From NCBI GenBank assembly GCA_002269645.1, contig NIVC01001274.1, positions 1-64,000 on the forward strand: a stretch of DNA of 64,000 nucleotides, in the 5' to 3' direction. This DNA is from Macrostomum lignano. Lineage: Eukaryota. The notes below the pieces were generated by a model, which was given only the letters and a program-made list of their open reading frames with translations, had not been told where the DNA came from and ran no database searches. How positions within the stretch are numbered: the stretch's first letter is position 1; each line of letters starts with the position of its first letter. The position numbers and the translations under genes are program-made. Positions 51,736 to 64,000 of this stretch are shown piece by piece.

Positions 51736-54700
51736 CTAAGCGCAGCCGCTGCCGATCATTTGCAGAAGCACGAAGCCGTGCTCGCTGCCCGTGTTGCCAC
51801 CCGTTGTGGCCACGCAGCCGCTGCCGCCGCAGAAGGAGCCGCCGCCTCCTCCGGCGTGGTCGCTGCGAGCCCCGGCTCCGCCGCCGCTGTAGCCTCCGCC
51901 GGCTCCTGCCGCTCCTTTTATGGTGGCCGCACCTCCGCCTCCGCCACCGCCGAAGCCGCCGTCGGCGGGACTCGTGTCTCCGGCGCGGCCGACGACCCAG
52001 CCATCGGCGCGGCTGCCGCCTCTGTCTCCGTATTTGGTGCTTGTGCGGGCGGCGGTAGGCTTGCCAAGCCAGCCGGCTCCGCAGCCTCCAGGGTTTCTAT
52101 TGGTATCCGCAGTGCTTTGGTCGTTGCTGCCCGGCTGTCCGTTTGCGCCACCGGTGCCAGTTCGCTCTGGCTGCAAGCCGGACATTGTGGAAACGTCAAC
52201 TGTATTAAGTTGCAGCAAACAATTAATTCCGATCGACTATCTGTCGAACGGCCAAGACTTACAGAATTAGTCCCGACCGAGTTTGAGCCTCTCGTGCCCG
52301 CCTCACCGGGTTGACCTGAAATTCATTTACAGCATGCAGTCAGTTCATTCATTGCAGCGATTGCTCATTTACTCAATCTACTGGAGTGGAAAGTAAGGCT
52401 TTGAAATCTCCTATAGCTAAGCAGATACATTCAGTAACATGTTAAAGTTTTCACGAAACCAGAGGTCAACAAGTGGCAGCTGTAATCCAACTCTAGCCAA
52501 TAACTCTCCACTGCCTCCTCACCAGCCTTGCGTCACCTAAGGCTGAGATCTGAGAAAAGTTGACAACTGGTTTCGTGCTGGAAACTTTACACCATGTTGC
52601 TGAGTGCATTTCAGTTTTTCAACAAAATAACTTTTAGCTTTTCGATTTTTTAGAAGTGCCTACTGCTCACTCAAGCTCGCAGTTAGTATACATGCCAATT
52701 TTTGCTTTCAAAAGAAGAATTTTAGCATGCGATCGTCGTCAATTGAAGAATGTCTGGGATAAAGTTTTTCAAAGCAGAAAAAAGTCTCAAGCTGGTCATA
52801 AATCAGTGAGCCATTCTGCTGGCAGACACCTTCAATCAACTCTGGCCCATAAATCACGAACATTTGTGCGATTTTACCATAGAAAAGTGTCGATAGACTT
52901 CCTTCTGATGTACTCTTTATTTGAAGGCTAAAATTCCTAAACTTACTGCAAAAAGCTAAATTTGTGTAGTTTTGTCCCTGGTTCAAGAACTATTGAAGAT
53001 ACTTGATAGAAGATACTTAAGTCGCTCTTGCCATAGTTTCGCACCTAAGTTCTAAAAACCCATTGGTGCATTCAATACTTGCAATTTTCAAATTTAAAGA
53101 CGAGCTAAAAGATATACGACTATCATCTCCTTCAAGTTCAAACTGTTTGTGTTGACTTCAGTTGCTTGAAACTACTTAGACGTGCATTACTTAATAGCTG
53201 CATACGACGATATGGCAAAAGCAACTATCAAACGTCTCAGTTAAGATACAATAAAAATCGCATGCTTACCGGTGTTCCCATACGACGCGCCGCCACCACC
53301 GCCAGCGGCCATCAGCAGCCCATTGTCCGATGTCCGGTACACGAAGCTGCCCCCGCCGCCTCCGCCGCTAGAGTAGCCGCTGCTCTGCGATGGGCCTCCG
53401 GCCTGGCCGACAACAATCGACAGCTGAACTCCGGCTGACAAACTGAAGTTGCCAGCAGCCAGAGCTCCCCTGCCGCCGAGTTGGTCAGGACTGACATACG
53501 TGTTGTCGCCGCCCTTGGCACCAGCGAGTTCGATCCGGTAGCAGCCGGCAATGTCGATGGTCACCAGCTGGACAGAGCCGATTCGACCCGTTCCATTGTC
53601 TGAAATCCATGCATGTTTGAATTAGTTATCGCTGACTCAAATATGCGCATATGGATTGAGTATAAAACGAATGTAAGACCAGATTTGCGAGAAAATAATA
53701 ACCAGACGAGGGCTCATAGGCCAAAGTTAGTCGATATATATTTTTTCATATTTGTCACGCACAAAGTACGCGCGTACACTACAATCGATATTGACACAGA
53801 TAAATAAAAGCGGGCCCAACCCCCCCCCCCCCCGCGCAGGCCAACCCCAAAACATGCCACACAAAACTCACACTACTTCCCCCCCGCCAAGAACGAGGAA
53901 TAAAGCTCTATTGCGAAAAGTTCAAAAAAGGTTCACTGTTCACTCAGGGCGATAAAAATCGGGAAGCCTCGGCTGTCGTACCGAATGTATTAGCGCTGGT
54001 TGAGGCCTCTTTGAGGGGTACCTCTTGTCACGGCGGCTGTCAGTGTCTCCAGTTGCTGCTCGAGTCGGACCAGCCGGTCGTCAACCGCGAAGATCATAGG
54101 CGAACTTGCGGGCGCGTTCTTGCTCATCACCTGCTCCAGTCTGGTGGCTCTCTCGACCAGCGTTCCCAGTGTGCATGTATCCGAGTTGCTCTCCTTGAGC
54201 AGGGCTTCGCGTATCCCTGCGCTTAATAGCTGGATAATTCTGAACTTGAGCTCCCGATCGCGGAGCGTTGATGGGTCATGCGGGCGGGCTCTCATGTACA
54301 GCAGCCTGAGAGCGAACGAGAGGTCCCTGATTGATTCGCCATTCTTGCGTTGTCGACCTTGGAACTCCTGCATGGCGCGGTGCTGACTGGCAGAGCCGCC
54401 GTATTGCTGGAGAAGAAGTGCATCGCCTTGACTTTCTCATAACTCTTTTTCACGGCATCTGGCATGTCCCAATCACAAGACCTGGGCCTCCCCTCTCAGC
54501 AGGAGCTTCACCTTGGAGGCACGCTTTGCATCGTCCGTATTCTTGTCTTCAGCGAAATCTTCAAAGAAGCTCAGCCAAAGTGCACGGGTTGTTGCTCTTC
54601 TCATCTCGTTCTTCCATTCTGATCTGCTGACTTGAGTTGAGCTTCGCTGTTACCAATGTAAGACCAGAATTGCGAGAAAATAATAACCACACGAGGGCTC

Positions 54701-55300
54701 AGTGGCCAAAGTTTAGTCTATTGACATTTGTCACGCACAAAGTACGTGCGTACATTTCAATCGATAAAGACACGGGTAAATAAAAGCGTGCCCCCCGCTA
54801 GCGCAGGCCAACCCCAAAACAGCCGATAGTACGAGTAAACTCACGAATATGGGATAGCGTAGGAAAATTTGGAAAAACCAAAACTATCGTAGTGACTTTT
54901 GGCCAGCTCGAGCCGACTTAAAGAAGAGGGAAGAAGTGCACCAAGTGTGCGATAATCTATGCAATTATTCATGCGGCTGAACTCTCACTTGTAAACACTT
55001 CAAGAGGCTTCATCAGTTCTTCGAAGTTTTCCAGCTTCATCACCACCACATCGGCAGTCTCCGAGCCCAGTAGTCTCCATTCGTTGTTTCCAGCAAATCC
55101 CGTCTCCCGGGACACCGCCACCAGCTGGCACAGACCGCTGCCCTTCCAGAACACGGCGGCAGAGCAGGATTGCCTTCCGCACAGCATGGCGCATGCTTCA
55201 ACTGAAGTCACTCCGGTGACATTCAGGACTTGGCTACTGACGGTCGAGTTGACAACAAGGACGCCGTTGTGCTGCACATAGCGAGTTCGGTTGCAAGCGC
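51736..55300 (-). CDS. PAN/apple-like domain plus ALK/LTK-type glycine-rich domain protein (5' exon not found; probable 1-bp frameshift)
   Basis: Exons: 54989-55300 (CAMLCGRQSCSAAVFWKGSGLCQL), 53270-53599 (GCYRIELAGAKGG...GGRGALAAGNFSLSAGVQLSIVVGQAGG...GGGGGSFV...AAGGGGG), 52263-52315, 51736-52199 (GGFGGGGGG...GAGGGYSGG...GGGGGSF...HGFVLLQ). The motifs match the glycine-rich domain of the ALK/LTK ectodomain. No TM or kinase domain follows. Confidence 0.8.
53672..54843 (-). mobile_element. Non-autonomous gag-only LTR retroelement (Gypsy-like), 1172 bp
   Basis: LTRs at 53672-53870 and 54657-54843 (TGTAAG...AACTCA) with a 4-bp TSD CGAA. PBS-like TGGTAACAGCG and PPT GGGGGGGAAG lie on the minus strand. 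Decayed gag includes WLSFFEDFAE...KLLLRGEA and QEFQGRQRKNGESIRDLSFALRLL (ORF 53990-54373). No pol. Confidence 0.85.
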
Positions 55301-56669
55301 CTGTATGGCAATAGTTATGGAGGGGGATGGGTATGTCCTGCGTATCACCTGGCCGGTGATACGCAAATCGTATACCTAAGGTATCTAAGGTACCTAAGGT
55401 ACCTAAGGTATCTAAGGTACCTAAGGTACCTATCGTATACCTAAGGTATACCTAAATCGGTATAAATTTAGGCAACCGCGAGATGCAAGATCGGACTCAA
55501 GAGGCCTATATGATTTCTAGTTATTAGATGCCTTGAGAAGATTAATTGAGCTTTGAAAGTTAGTTGGTCTAAAAGTAAGCCGTTCTCAGATTTCGCCTTG
55601 CTACAAATTAAAAAGCAAGCCGTAATCGAAAAGCTAGCCAGAGTAGTTCTCGTCCGTTCAAAGTACTTCTTTGCCACGAAAAACCAGGATATATTTTGCT
55701 AATAAACTTTTTAGGAGCAAAAAATCAACTTGATCACACACCTTCGGAGACCATGACGCAGCACAAACCGATGGCAAATAGTTGCAATACCTGTGGCTGA
55801 CACATCTCCCAAAGTTGTGTGTTTGCCGTCTCTCAGTACTGAAATTGTGTGTCGGAATGGGAATAAGGAGCTTTTTCCCGCTCCAAAATATTTACCGTTT
55901 TTACATTTTTTCTGAAAGGCCATTCAGTTGATTTGTTTGCTGTGCCGTTGTCAAGGCGCGGGTAGTAACAGATTCAGTCCCTCTGCCCCCCACCCCTGGT
56001 CTGCAGTACAGTTACACTGGCTTTGTACGTCTACCCACGGAGGGATGTTTCTCTGACTCAGACTTTCTAAACAAAAGTTTTTTCTTGTTTAACAATTCGA
56101 TTCCCAGTAGCAGCTCTGCTGCCGCAAGTTCACCCCTACTCCCCTACTCAAGATTGCAAAAGTTTCTGCGTCTATGGCCAGCGGACTCCCTACCGCAGCA
56201 CCTACGAGTACTTACCCCCCCCCCGCAAAGGGCAGTAGAGCTTCCGCAAAGTTTGTTCCGTTACTAGAAATTAAGCATAGACGGATGAACAATACAGATC
56301 GAAGAGCTAATCTTGGAATCACATGACTTCCATTTGACTTTAAAATCGTAGATATACTCGTATCAGGACGAGTAGTAAACCACTATAAAGCCAGCGTAGA
56401 AAACAACTACATAGCAGTATAGGGAACAGCGTCGGTGACAAGCATAGAAAACAGATACAGCCTTACCCCTCAGTCTACCCCTCACTCTTTTCACTCTACC
56501 CTTTACCCCTTACTCTTTTCCAACAGCGGGTGCTTCGCTGACATCCTATGCCAGCGTCTGTTTAATAGTAATAATAATAATAAAACAGTAACAATATTAA
56601 AAATAAGTAGAAAAGTAATAATGATAGTAGTAATAATAGTAAAATTTGTATTAGTAATAATAATAATAG

Positions 56670-57362
56670 AAAAAACAGCATCGCGGCATATAGAGACAAC
56701 AACACATCAGTATAGAAAAAACAGCATCGTGGCATATAGAGACAACAACACATCAGTATAGAAAAACAGCATCGTGGCATATAGAGACAACAACACATCA
56801 GTATAGAAAAAACAGCATCGTGGCATATAGAGACAACAACACATCAGTATAGAAAAACAGCATCGTGGCATATGGAGACAACAACACATCAGTATAGAAA
56901 CAACAGCATCTTGGCATATGGAGACAACAACACATCAGTATAGAAACAACAGCATCTTGGCATATGGAGACAACAACACATCAGTATAGAAAAAACAGCA
57001 TCGTGGCATATAGAGACAACAACACATCAGTATAGAAAAACAGCATCGTGGCATATGGAGACAACAACACATCAGTATAGAAACAACAGCATCTTGGCAT
57101 ATGGAGACAACAACACATCAGTATAGAAAAAACAGCATCGCGGCATCTAGAGACAACAACACATCAGTATAGAAACAACAGCATCTTGGCATATGGAGAC
57201 AACAACACATCAGTATAGAAACAACAGCATCTTGGCATATGGAGACAACAACACATCAGTATAGAAAAAACAGCATCGCAGCATATGGAGACAACAACAC
57301 ATCAGTATAGAAAAAACAGCATCGCGGCATATAGAGACAACAACACATCAGTATAGAAAAAA
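56670..57362 (+). repeat. 46-bp minisatellite (AGAAAAAACAGCATCGTGGCATATAGAGACAACAACACATCAGTAT)
   Basis: About 15 units, no spacers. Confidence 0.96.
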
Positions 57363-58469
57363 CGACAAAGGTAGGTAATCATGTTCCCTACAGGAAGGTA
57401 ATTTTACCCTAAGACACTCTAAAAATATACGACACTCAAATCCAAGCAGTCTTAATTTTTTTTTAAGTTCAATCTATTCATATCGCTTCATGTAATGCGT
57501 GTATTTATAGATTCTGTAAATCTTCTAGCTTTTACATATTTTTACTTGTGTAGTGTCTCTTCTACAAATACGAGTAAATTGCTTAGTGCTTGCTCGAGAG
57601 GCTTAACCAACCCACGAAACAGTTAATCGTAAGAAATATTTCTCAGCTTTGGTAAAGCTCAGAGCTGCATTAGCTAAGCCCAGGAAAAGTTTAAGAAAAA
57701 GAATCGATGCATGAGCTATTGTTTAAAAAATGCTTTAGGGACGAAAAAAATTCTGAGATCAACTGCATTAGTGGTAGTGAGCTATAATGAGAAGCAGACT
57801 TGCAAACCTACTGGCTAACTTTGGCTTCCCCCAAAGTCAGTAGTACGGTCGCTTAAGGAAGAGTACATTGCAACGGTTGACTGAAGAAGAAGTCAGTGGA
57901 ACACTTTACCGGAAGCCAAGGCGGAGGCAGTGGAAACTTTTAAAAAACATTGAAGAAAACGAAGCCATTGTTTGAAAGCGAAATTCAGGCATTCCAAGCA
58001 ACTGTTGCTTCATAAGATTGCTTCTTTTTGCTAAAGCCGTTGATGAGCTTGGGTGACTTTCGTAGTTATGAACGTGTCTACATTTATCCCATCAGTCAAC
58101 GCTATACCTGTGATTGATGTATACTTCTAATAGCATCAAGACTAAGCTCTTACATTTACATCTTTTTTTGGTAAATCGCACATGAGCATAATTTGTCTCT
58201 CCTTTAAGAGTATTTCGGCAATATGGAATGTATACCTTTGCAAGCCGGTCTTTCATTAGTCAGAGGTTTGGTTGCTTTTACAGTTGAGCAAACTTACAAT
58301 GAAGAAAGCAGATTACATTGTTTTTTATAATAGTTTATTCTTGAATCTTAAGATTCACTCTTGTGTATGAGACGTCCTCTCGTCTCATACCTAAAGTACA
58401 AACCATTTCGTTGCTGTAATTTAGGACTCAAAATTACCACGACTCAAAACGGCTGTTAGATTTCAGTTC

Positions 58470-59482
58470 GCACATGTCAACGCCTGAGACCTTCACAGAA
58501 AGCTGTGCTCAGACCATGGCCAGTGCCAAAGGAAGCCTGGTGCCGAGTACATGCAGATCTTGGTCAATTAGACCGAGACTACTTTCTGGTGGTTTCGGAC
58601 GCCAAGACGGGATTTATTGCTGCCGAATGGGTTCGAGATATTGACGCAGCGGCTGTGATTAAAGTGCTGCAAGAAACATTTTACAATTTCAACATCCCGG
58701 AAGTACTCGTCACTGACAATGGACGACAGTTCGTTGCTAATGAAACGGAGGCCTGGTTGAAGCGGATGAAAGCGCTACATCTTAAGTCTCCCCGATATCA
58801 TCCCGCTTCGTATGGCGTGGCCGAGGTCGCAGTAAAAAGGTTGAAGACCAAGTTAAAACAGCTTAACGACCCAGACCCGGAAGTTTGAATGCAACAGGCT
58901 TTTTACGCCATTCAAGAGCCAATGGTGTCGCTCCGTGTCGAGAAATGTTTGGTCGTCGCGAGTTCAATACGAGGTTGTCACTGCTACATCGTCGGTCGTT
59001 TCAGGACAAGAAAACCGATCAAGTCCACAATCCTGTTTGGGTTCAAGATCCCTTTAACAAGGAGTGGAGGGAGAAGGAGTATTTCAAGAAGCGATGGGCG
59101 AACAGCTGAAACGAGTGCGGGACCATCAAGGACGAGACCTGGTGGTGCACAGGGACCATGTCAGAGACAGAGCAGAGGCAACTAACAGATCTATTGGAGA
59201 CGATGAGGAGCCGATTGCAAATCAACCCACGGAGCACAGATACCCAGTGCGGATCCGGAGACCACCAGAGAGGTACCAAGTATCTTGAAGAAAAGAGGGA
59301 TAATGTGACTTGACTGTGTACCAGTATTTATGTTGTCAGTTTGACCGTTTTGCTTTTATCTATGGGCTCGCATGAAGCCAAGAGACAGTACCAGTTTTAA
59401 AGCCCGCTGTGTGGCAAGCTAAAATATAAGAAACCTTAAGTGGTCTGGAGCGTAAGAAGTACGCAATTATTTTGGAACACCA
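58470..59482 (+). mobile_element. 5'-truncated Gypsy/Ty3 LTR retrotransposon remnant: integrase core, PPT and probable 3' LTR
   Basis: CQR..PWP...WCRVHADL...LVVSDAKT...PEVLVTDNGRQF...SPRYHPASYGVAEVAVKRLK (rve core), with stop and frameshifts, then RRPPERY, PPT GAAGAAAAGAGGGA, and TGTGAC at 59304. The LTR end is approximate. Confidence 0.88.
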
Positions 59483-59579
59483 CTTGACGACTTGTGAAGC
59501 TTATTTTAAATTCAAGACATAACATCATAGCTCATCATAACATCATAACATCATATCATAGCTTATTATTGATCGCTTC

Positions 59580-60588
59580 ACCACCTGGTCACATCCCCAT
59601 TATTTGTAGGACTGCCTGGGTGGTCGTCATCCCCAAGCCCGTTAAAGCGACGATACTAACGTGGAATCCTTCCATCCCATTAGCCTAAACTCCTTCTGCG
59701 TTAACCTGATGGAGAGGCTCATCCTGAGGAGGCTGTGCGACTGCAACCTGTGGGCGGCACCCATAGGTAAGCACCAGTTCGCTTTTCAGCCAGGGAAATA
59801 ACGGATCATTTTACGTATAACATCAGACTTTGAGAAAGCAATCCTCAATAAAGAGATCGCTTGTTGACTTTTCTTTGACATCAAGAGGCCTTTGATAACT
59901 TACAATTTGGCTCCTTCAGAGACCCATTTTTACAGAAAAAGGTCAGATCCAGCATTGTGCGATGGATCGAATTAATGATCGGGGAACAGAATGGTGACCT
60001 CCACCCTCATGGATGCAATCTGCACTAACAGAGTGATAAAAGACCGAGGCCAAGACGGGGTACTGGGGTACTCAACCCACTTCTCTGAAACCACGTGATG
60101 AGCGAACGACTGATGGCTGCCGTCCCGAGCAGCATCGTCAAAGCCGGCTTCGCCGATGACGTCAGCATGATGCTACGGAATCTGATGCAGCAGCACTTCG
60201 CTGACAAGGTGCAAAACTGGGCCACCCGGAATGGCCGAACTACATGTATCAGCACCGTCAGGACGGTGGCCATTATCTTCACCATAGGAAGATAACGCTC
60301 ACGCATGATCTGCGTTGGACTGTGCATGCTGGCAATGTCATCTGGAGCACTAAGCGATGTTTTGAACGAGTAAAGCAGAGATACCGGACCTACCTGGGGG
60401 CTCTTTCCATGACGGCCAGATGGCTCTACACAGGCATCATCCGACCCAGCATCAACTATGCGCGTGCTTCATCTGGTACAGTGCGCTGAAGCTGAAGACG
60501 GTGCGAGACTGGCTGTACCAGCTGCAGGGCAGCATCTGCCGAGCCATCACCCTGGCGTACCCCTCTACCCCTGAACACCGTCCTCAAC
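59580..60588 (+). mobile_element. Decayed non-LTR retrotransposon reverse transcriptase (R1/Jockey-like); resumes at 62078-62140
   Basis: Frameshifted motifs VVVIPKP, PISLNSF...LMERLI, HQFAFQPG, FFDIKR..FDN, a degenerate GVLNPLL, AGFADDV, and WLYTGIIRPSINY. Confidence 0.85.
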
Positions 60589-62068
60589 GGGATAGCGACG
60601 TTTGCCTGCGGGACGTTTGCCAGCCGACGTTTGCCTGCGGGACGTTTGCCAGCCGACGTTTGCCAGTGGGACGTTTGCCAGCCGAAGTTTGCCTGCGGGA
60701 CGTTTGCCAGCCGACATTTGCCAGCCGACGTTTGCCAGCCGACGTTTGCCAGTGGGACGTTTGCCAGCCGACGTTTGCCTGCCGGAAGTTTGCCAGCCAA
60801 AATTTGCTAGCCAATATAAAGCCAGTCAGTGAAAAATTTGATACTGAAACATTCGCAGTTTAGCGGTTTGACAAAAACCGTTTTTACTCCAACTTTTTGA
60901 CGGTTATTCGCATGTATACAAGTTTGAAAGCAAAATATATAAATTATGCAGTTCATCAGTCTAACGTCTAATATCTAGTTTAACAACGATTTTGGCACAA
61001 CATATCAAAAGATGAACATTGGGTTTGCCTCGTATGAAAGCAATAACAATTGTTGTGCTGAAAAGATGAAAACTTCCTATCTCCCTATGGCCTTCAAAAC
61101 ATTTTTCATAGATTTCGAGTGCTGCGTACTTCTACTTTAGTAGTCCTTGGCATGACTAAGCTTTGCATACGTAGTGTCTAGCGCTTGCTATTCTACTAGC
61201 TTGCTACTGGCGGCTTGTCTGGCTATTCTGCTATATAGCTTACTATAAAAACGCACCGCATTCGACTCGTCTACACATGTACGTTGAGATCGCGGTTTCC
61301 TTGCTTACTTGAGTAGTAATACAACAGCATTGGAATCAATTTGCTTACTTTTAGATCTCCCAATGAACTGAGAAATATATGAGCCAGAATTACCGCTCAG
61401 CAGCTCTTTTTGTTTGCCTCATAACCTAATCGCTGGAGATTCCCGTTGTAATCTGCGCGTCTTCTTTCGCACATCAAAAATCAAACATCTCAAACTGGGA
61501 AAAACGATACACAATTGTCAAAAGTAAACAATATTTTCACATTCAAAGAAAATCGTTGTTAAACTGGATATTAGATGTAAATCTATATAAATTGCATAAT
61601 TTATATAGATTTTGCATAAATTTCATAATTTATATATTTTGCTTTCAAACTTGTATACATGCGAATAACCGTCAAAAAGTTGGAGTAAAAACGGTTTTTG
61701 TCAAACCGCTAAACTGCGAATGTTTCAGTATCAAATTTTTCACTGACTGGCTTTATATTGGCTAGCAAATTTTGGCTGGCAAACTTCCGGCAGGCAAACG
61801 TCGGCTGGCAAACGTCGGCTGGCAAACGTCCGGCAGGCAAACGTCGGCTGGCAAATGTCGGCTGGCAAATGTCGGCTGGCAAACGTCGGCTGGCAAACGT
61901 CGGCTGGCAAACGTCCCGCAGGCAAACGTCCGGCAGGCAAACTTCGGCTGGCAAACGTCCCGCAGGCAAACGTCGGCTGGCAAACGTCGGCTGGCAAATG
62001 TCGGCTGGCAAACGTCCCGCAGGCAAACGTCGGCTGGCAAACGTCCCGCAGGCAAACGTCGTAGACCC
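60589..62068. mobile_element. Foldback/Mutator(MULE)-like non-autonomous DNA transposon, 1480 bp
   Basis: Inverted arms of about 400-500 bp with subterminal tandem repeats (GACGTTTGCC[AGCC/TGCGG]). Termini GGG....CGACG / CGTCG....CCC. 9-bp TSD GTCCTCAAC at 60580-60588 and 62069-62077. Confidence 0.88.
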
Positions 62069-62175
62069 GTCCTCAACATGCCTCCGCTGCACCCGTTATC
62101 CGAGCTGGGGCAATGAAAGGTGCCACGCACCTATTCAATGATAAATTTGTTATTAACTCCCCCTGACCTTGATGA

Positions 62176-62430
62176 ACAAGATCAGGTGACACGCTGCTCA
62201 AGGTCAGTCATGCTGCAGACTAAGAAAGATCAGGTGACACGCTGCTCAAGGTCAGTCATGCTGCAGACTAAGAAAGATCAGGTGACACGCTACTCAAGGT
62301 CAGTCATGCTGCAGACTAAACAAGATCAGGTGACACGCTGCTCAAGGTCAGTCATGCTACAGACTAAACAAGATCAGGTGACAGGCTGCTCAAGGTCAGT
62401 CATGCTACACACAAAACAAGATCAGGTGTG
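62176..62430 (+). repeat. 48-bp minisatellite
   Basis: About 5 units of AAGATCAGGTGACACGCTGCTCAAGGTCAGTCATGCTGCAGACTAA(GA/AC). Confidence 0.93.
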
Positions 62431-63381
62431 GCTGTTTCAAACGAAAGCTAATATCAGTTTAAACTCTCCCATTACAAGCTCGTATTAGCAGGGAACAAAC
62501 GTTTTAGTCGCGACAGCCCCTGGATTGCCAGTTTTCTGCTAAAATTAAACCTTTAGACCAAAGTGAAACGAGGCACCTGACTGAATCACTTCCGAGTTAT
62601 TTGCAAAATTTCACTAGCGTCATTGTTTGCTCAGTTATATGAGTCAAGCACTGAAGTCAAATTATCCAACCCCAGTTTATCTTAATTTGACAAATTCCCA
62701 AGCCTAAAAAGCATTTTAGCCAAGCTCTAGGGCAAATATGTTTTGGTTAATTTATCAAATAAACAATCTTACCAAATGGAATATTGTCTAGAAAATAGAA
62801 TAAGAGATTGAAACGGACAGACACCAACTTAACAGTTTAATGCAAACCAGATACGGTCCCGGGTGCACGCGAAGGCGTATTCAGCATGCCAGTGAAGTAT
62901 GAGACAGACTAGGCCCATGGGCTAAGGTCTGCGATGCTTCACGCCTGCCCCCATCTTCAGCAGGTCAAGGCTGGTGGGAGGTCTGCACCCTCTATTTGCC
63001 TCTGGCAGCCGCAGACCCCCCCCACGCTGTCTCGCAAGTCGACCCAGGGTACTCGTCCCCGCGTGTGTTCAAGGCAGTCCCTAGGGCTGCTGGACAGACT
63101 GGGCTCCGGCGCTGGCGACCCTATCCAGTGGCTTCGGCCGAATTTGGGTATGCGGGTCTGGCTCGCCAACCTGCAGGCCGTGGTACTGCTCAACGTACTC
63201 TCTAATGCCTAAGGTGTTGACCGTGCCGATGGGCTGGAAGGCCGGGGAGTAGTCCGGTCGCAAGCGGTCCCCCTCCTGGTGTCGGGCCAGCCTTGAGGGT
63301 GCTATTGGCCTACTGCCCGGTCAGGTGGAGCGGCCGGGTGGGTACCGCGCCCCTTTGAGGGTAGCCCACCAACCTTTTATC

Positions 63382-64000
63382 ATGGCCTTCGAGCCGACTA
63401 TGGATAAACAAGCTATTTCTAGGGACGGGGACCCTTCTAAACCCCAACCTCAGTCCGAAGGACCGGCCGGCCCTGCTGGCAGATCCCAACCGACTGATTC
63501 AACTGTGGCAAAGGAAGGACCGGCTGGCTCTGCTGGCAGATCCGACCAGAGCTACCAAACTCAAAATACCCTAAGACCTGCCAGCTCCGCTGGTGGATCT
63601 AAGGGAACCGCGAGCTCTGAGCCTAAAGGACCGGCCAAATCTGGCAGATCCGATGAAGCTCAGCGGGCTCGGCTTGAGCGCAAACGCGCTAAACAACGCG
63701 CCAAAAGGCAGGCCAAGAAGGGAGCTGCGGGGGCCAAAGCGGCGGCGTCCACCATGGATGCTGAAGCGACTGGAGTCCCAAGGCAACCAGGCGGGCCGGC
63801 CGGTGGAAGCTCCAGTAGTTCAGCGGCGGCGCTCCCTGGAGCTGCTGCCGCGGCTGCTGAGGCCGAAACCACGGCGCAACAAATGGCCACTGCCAACAAG
63901 GAGGTTCCTTCGGGAGCTACCTTTGCGGCGAAGGCCAAGGCCAAAATCCCGGGAGTGATCATCCAAGGTCGCGACCAGGACTGGACCACTGATCAGCTTC
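63382..64000 (+). mobile_element. Probable ORF1 (gag-like) of a non-LTR retrotransposon, open to the window end
   Basis: Intronless open frame MAFEPTMDKQAISRDG...RARLERKRAKQRAKRQAKK...ATFAAKAKAKIPGVIIQGRDQDWTTDQL, not in the ORF track. The low-complexity N-terminus, basic stretch and TFAAKAK motif are typical of LINE ORF1. A GC-rich leader starts at about 62880. Confidence 0.6.

Noticed and set aside
51706-52314. Ala/Pro-rich plus-strand ORFs
   Set aside because: Antisense shadows of the GC-rich glycine-rich exon.
56670-57362. CRISPR-like regular array (also considered for the 22-48-bp arrays elsewhere)
   Set aside because: Contiguous tandem units with no unique spacers, no cas genes, and a eukaryotic context.
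60456-62141. ASRRLPA / GWQTS ORFs on both strands
   Set aside because: Translations of the subterminal repeats in the foldback element arms.
62900-62935. HDV-like ribozyme ending in GCTAA
   Set aside because: Only a simple hairpin; P1, P3 and L3 elements could not be placed.

Overview
Eukaryotic (metazoan) genomic DNA: AT-rich, with GT-AG introns filled with minisatellites, often GC-rich exons and TTAGGG repeats. The style suggests a free-living flatworm such as Macrostomum, but that is inference only. All host genes read on the minus strand. (1) The 5' ankyrin-repeat half of a TRPA-like channel gene (1-5103) runs off the left edge. (2) An orphan two-exon ORF lies at 7208-9011. (3) A full-length TRPA1-like channel gene spans 10626-29488. 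(4) A complete 14-exon IFT140 gene spans 32512-50211. (5) A PAN/apple plus ALK/LTK-type glycine-rich domain gene spans 51736-55300, with its 5' exon not found. Mobile DNA includes two copies of a structured tRNA-derived SINE, two CORE-like SINEs, MITEs, a 1.17-kb gag-only LTR element, a Gypsy integrase/LTR remnant, a decayed LINE RT interrupted by a Mutator-like foldback element (9-bp TSD), and a LINE ORF1 at the right edge. Exon structures were assembled by hand from splice sites, phase and paralog comparison. The most interesting observations are a triplicated, minisatellite-flanked exon cassette inside the TRPA ankyrin array, a minisatellite that is an amplified exon-intron junction, a shared AATCTACC core among IFT140 intronic satellites, and four single-base lesions that are either assembly errors or pseudogenisation. 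No prokaryotic systems or CRISPR arrays are present.
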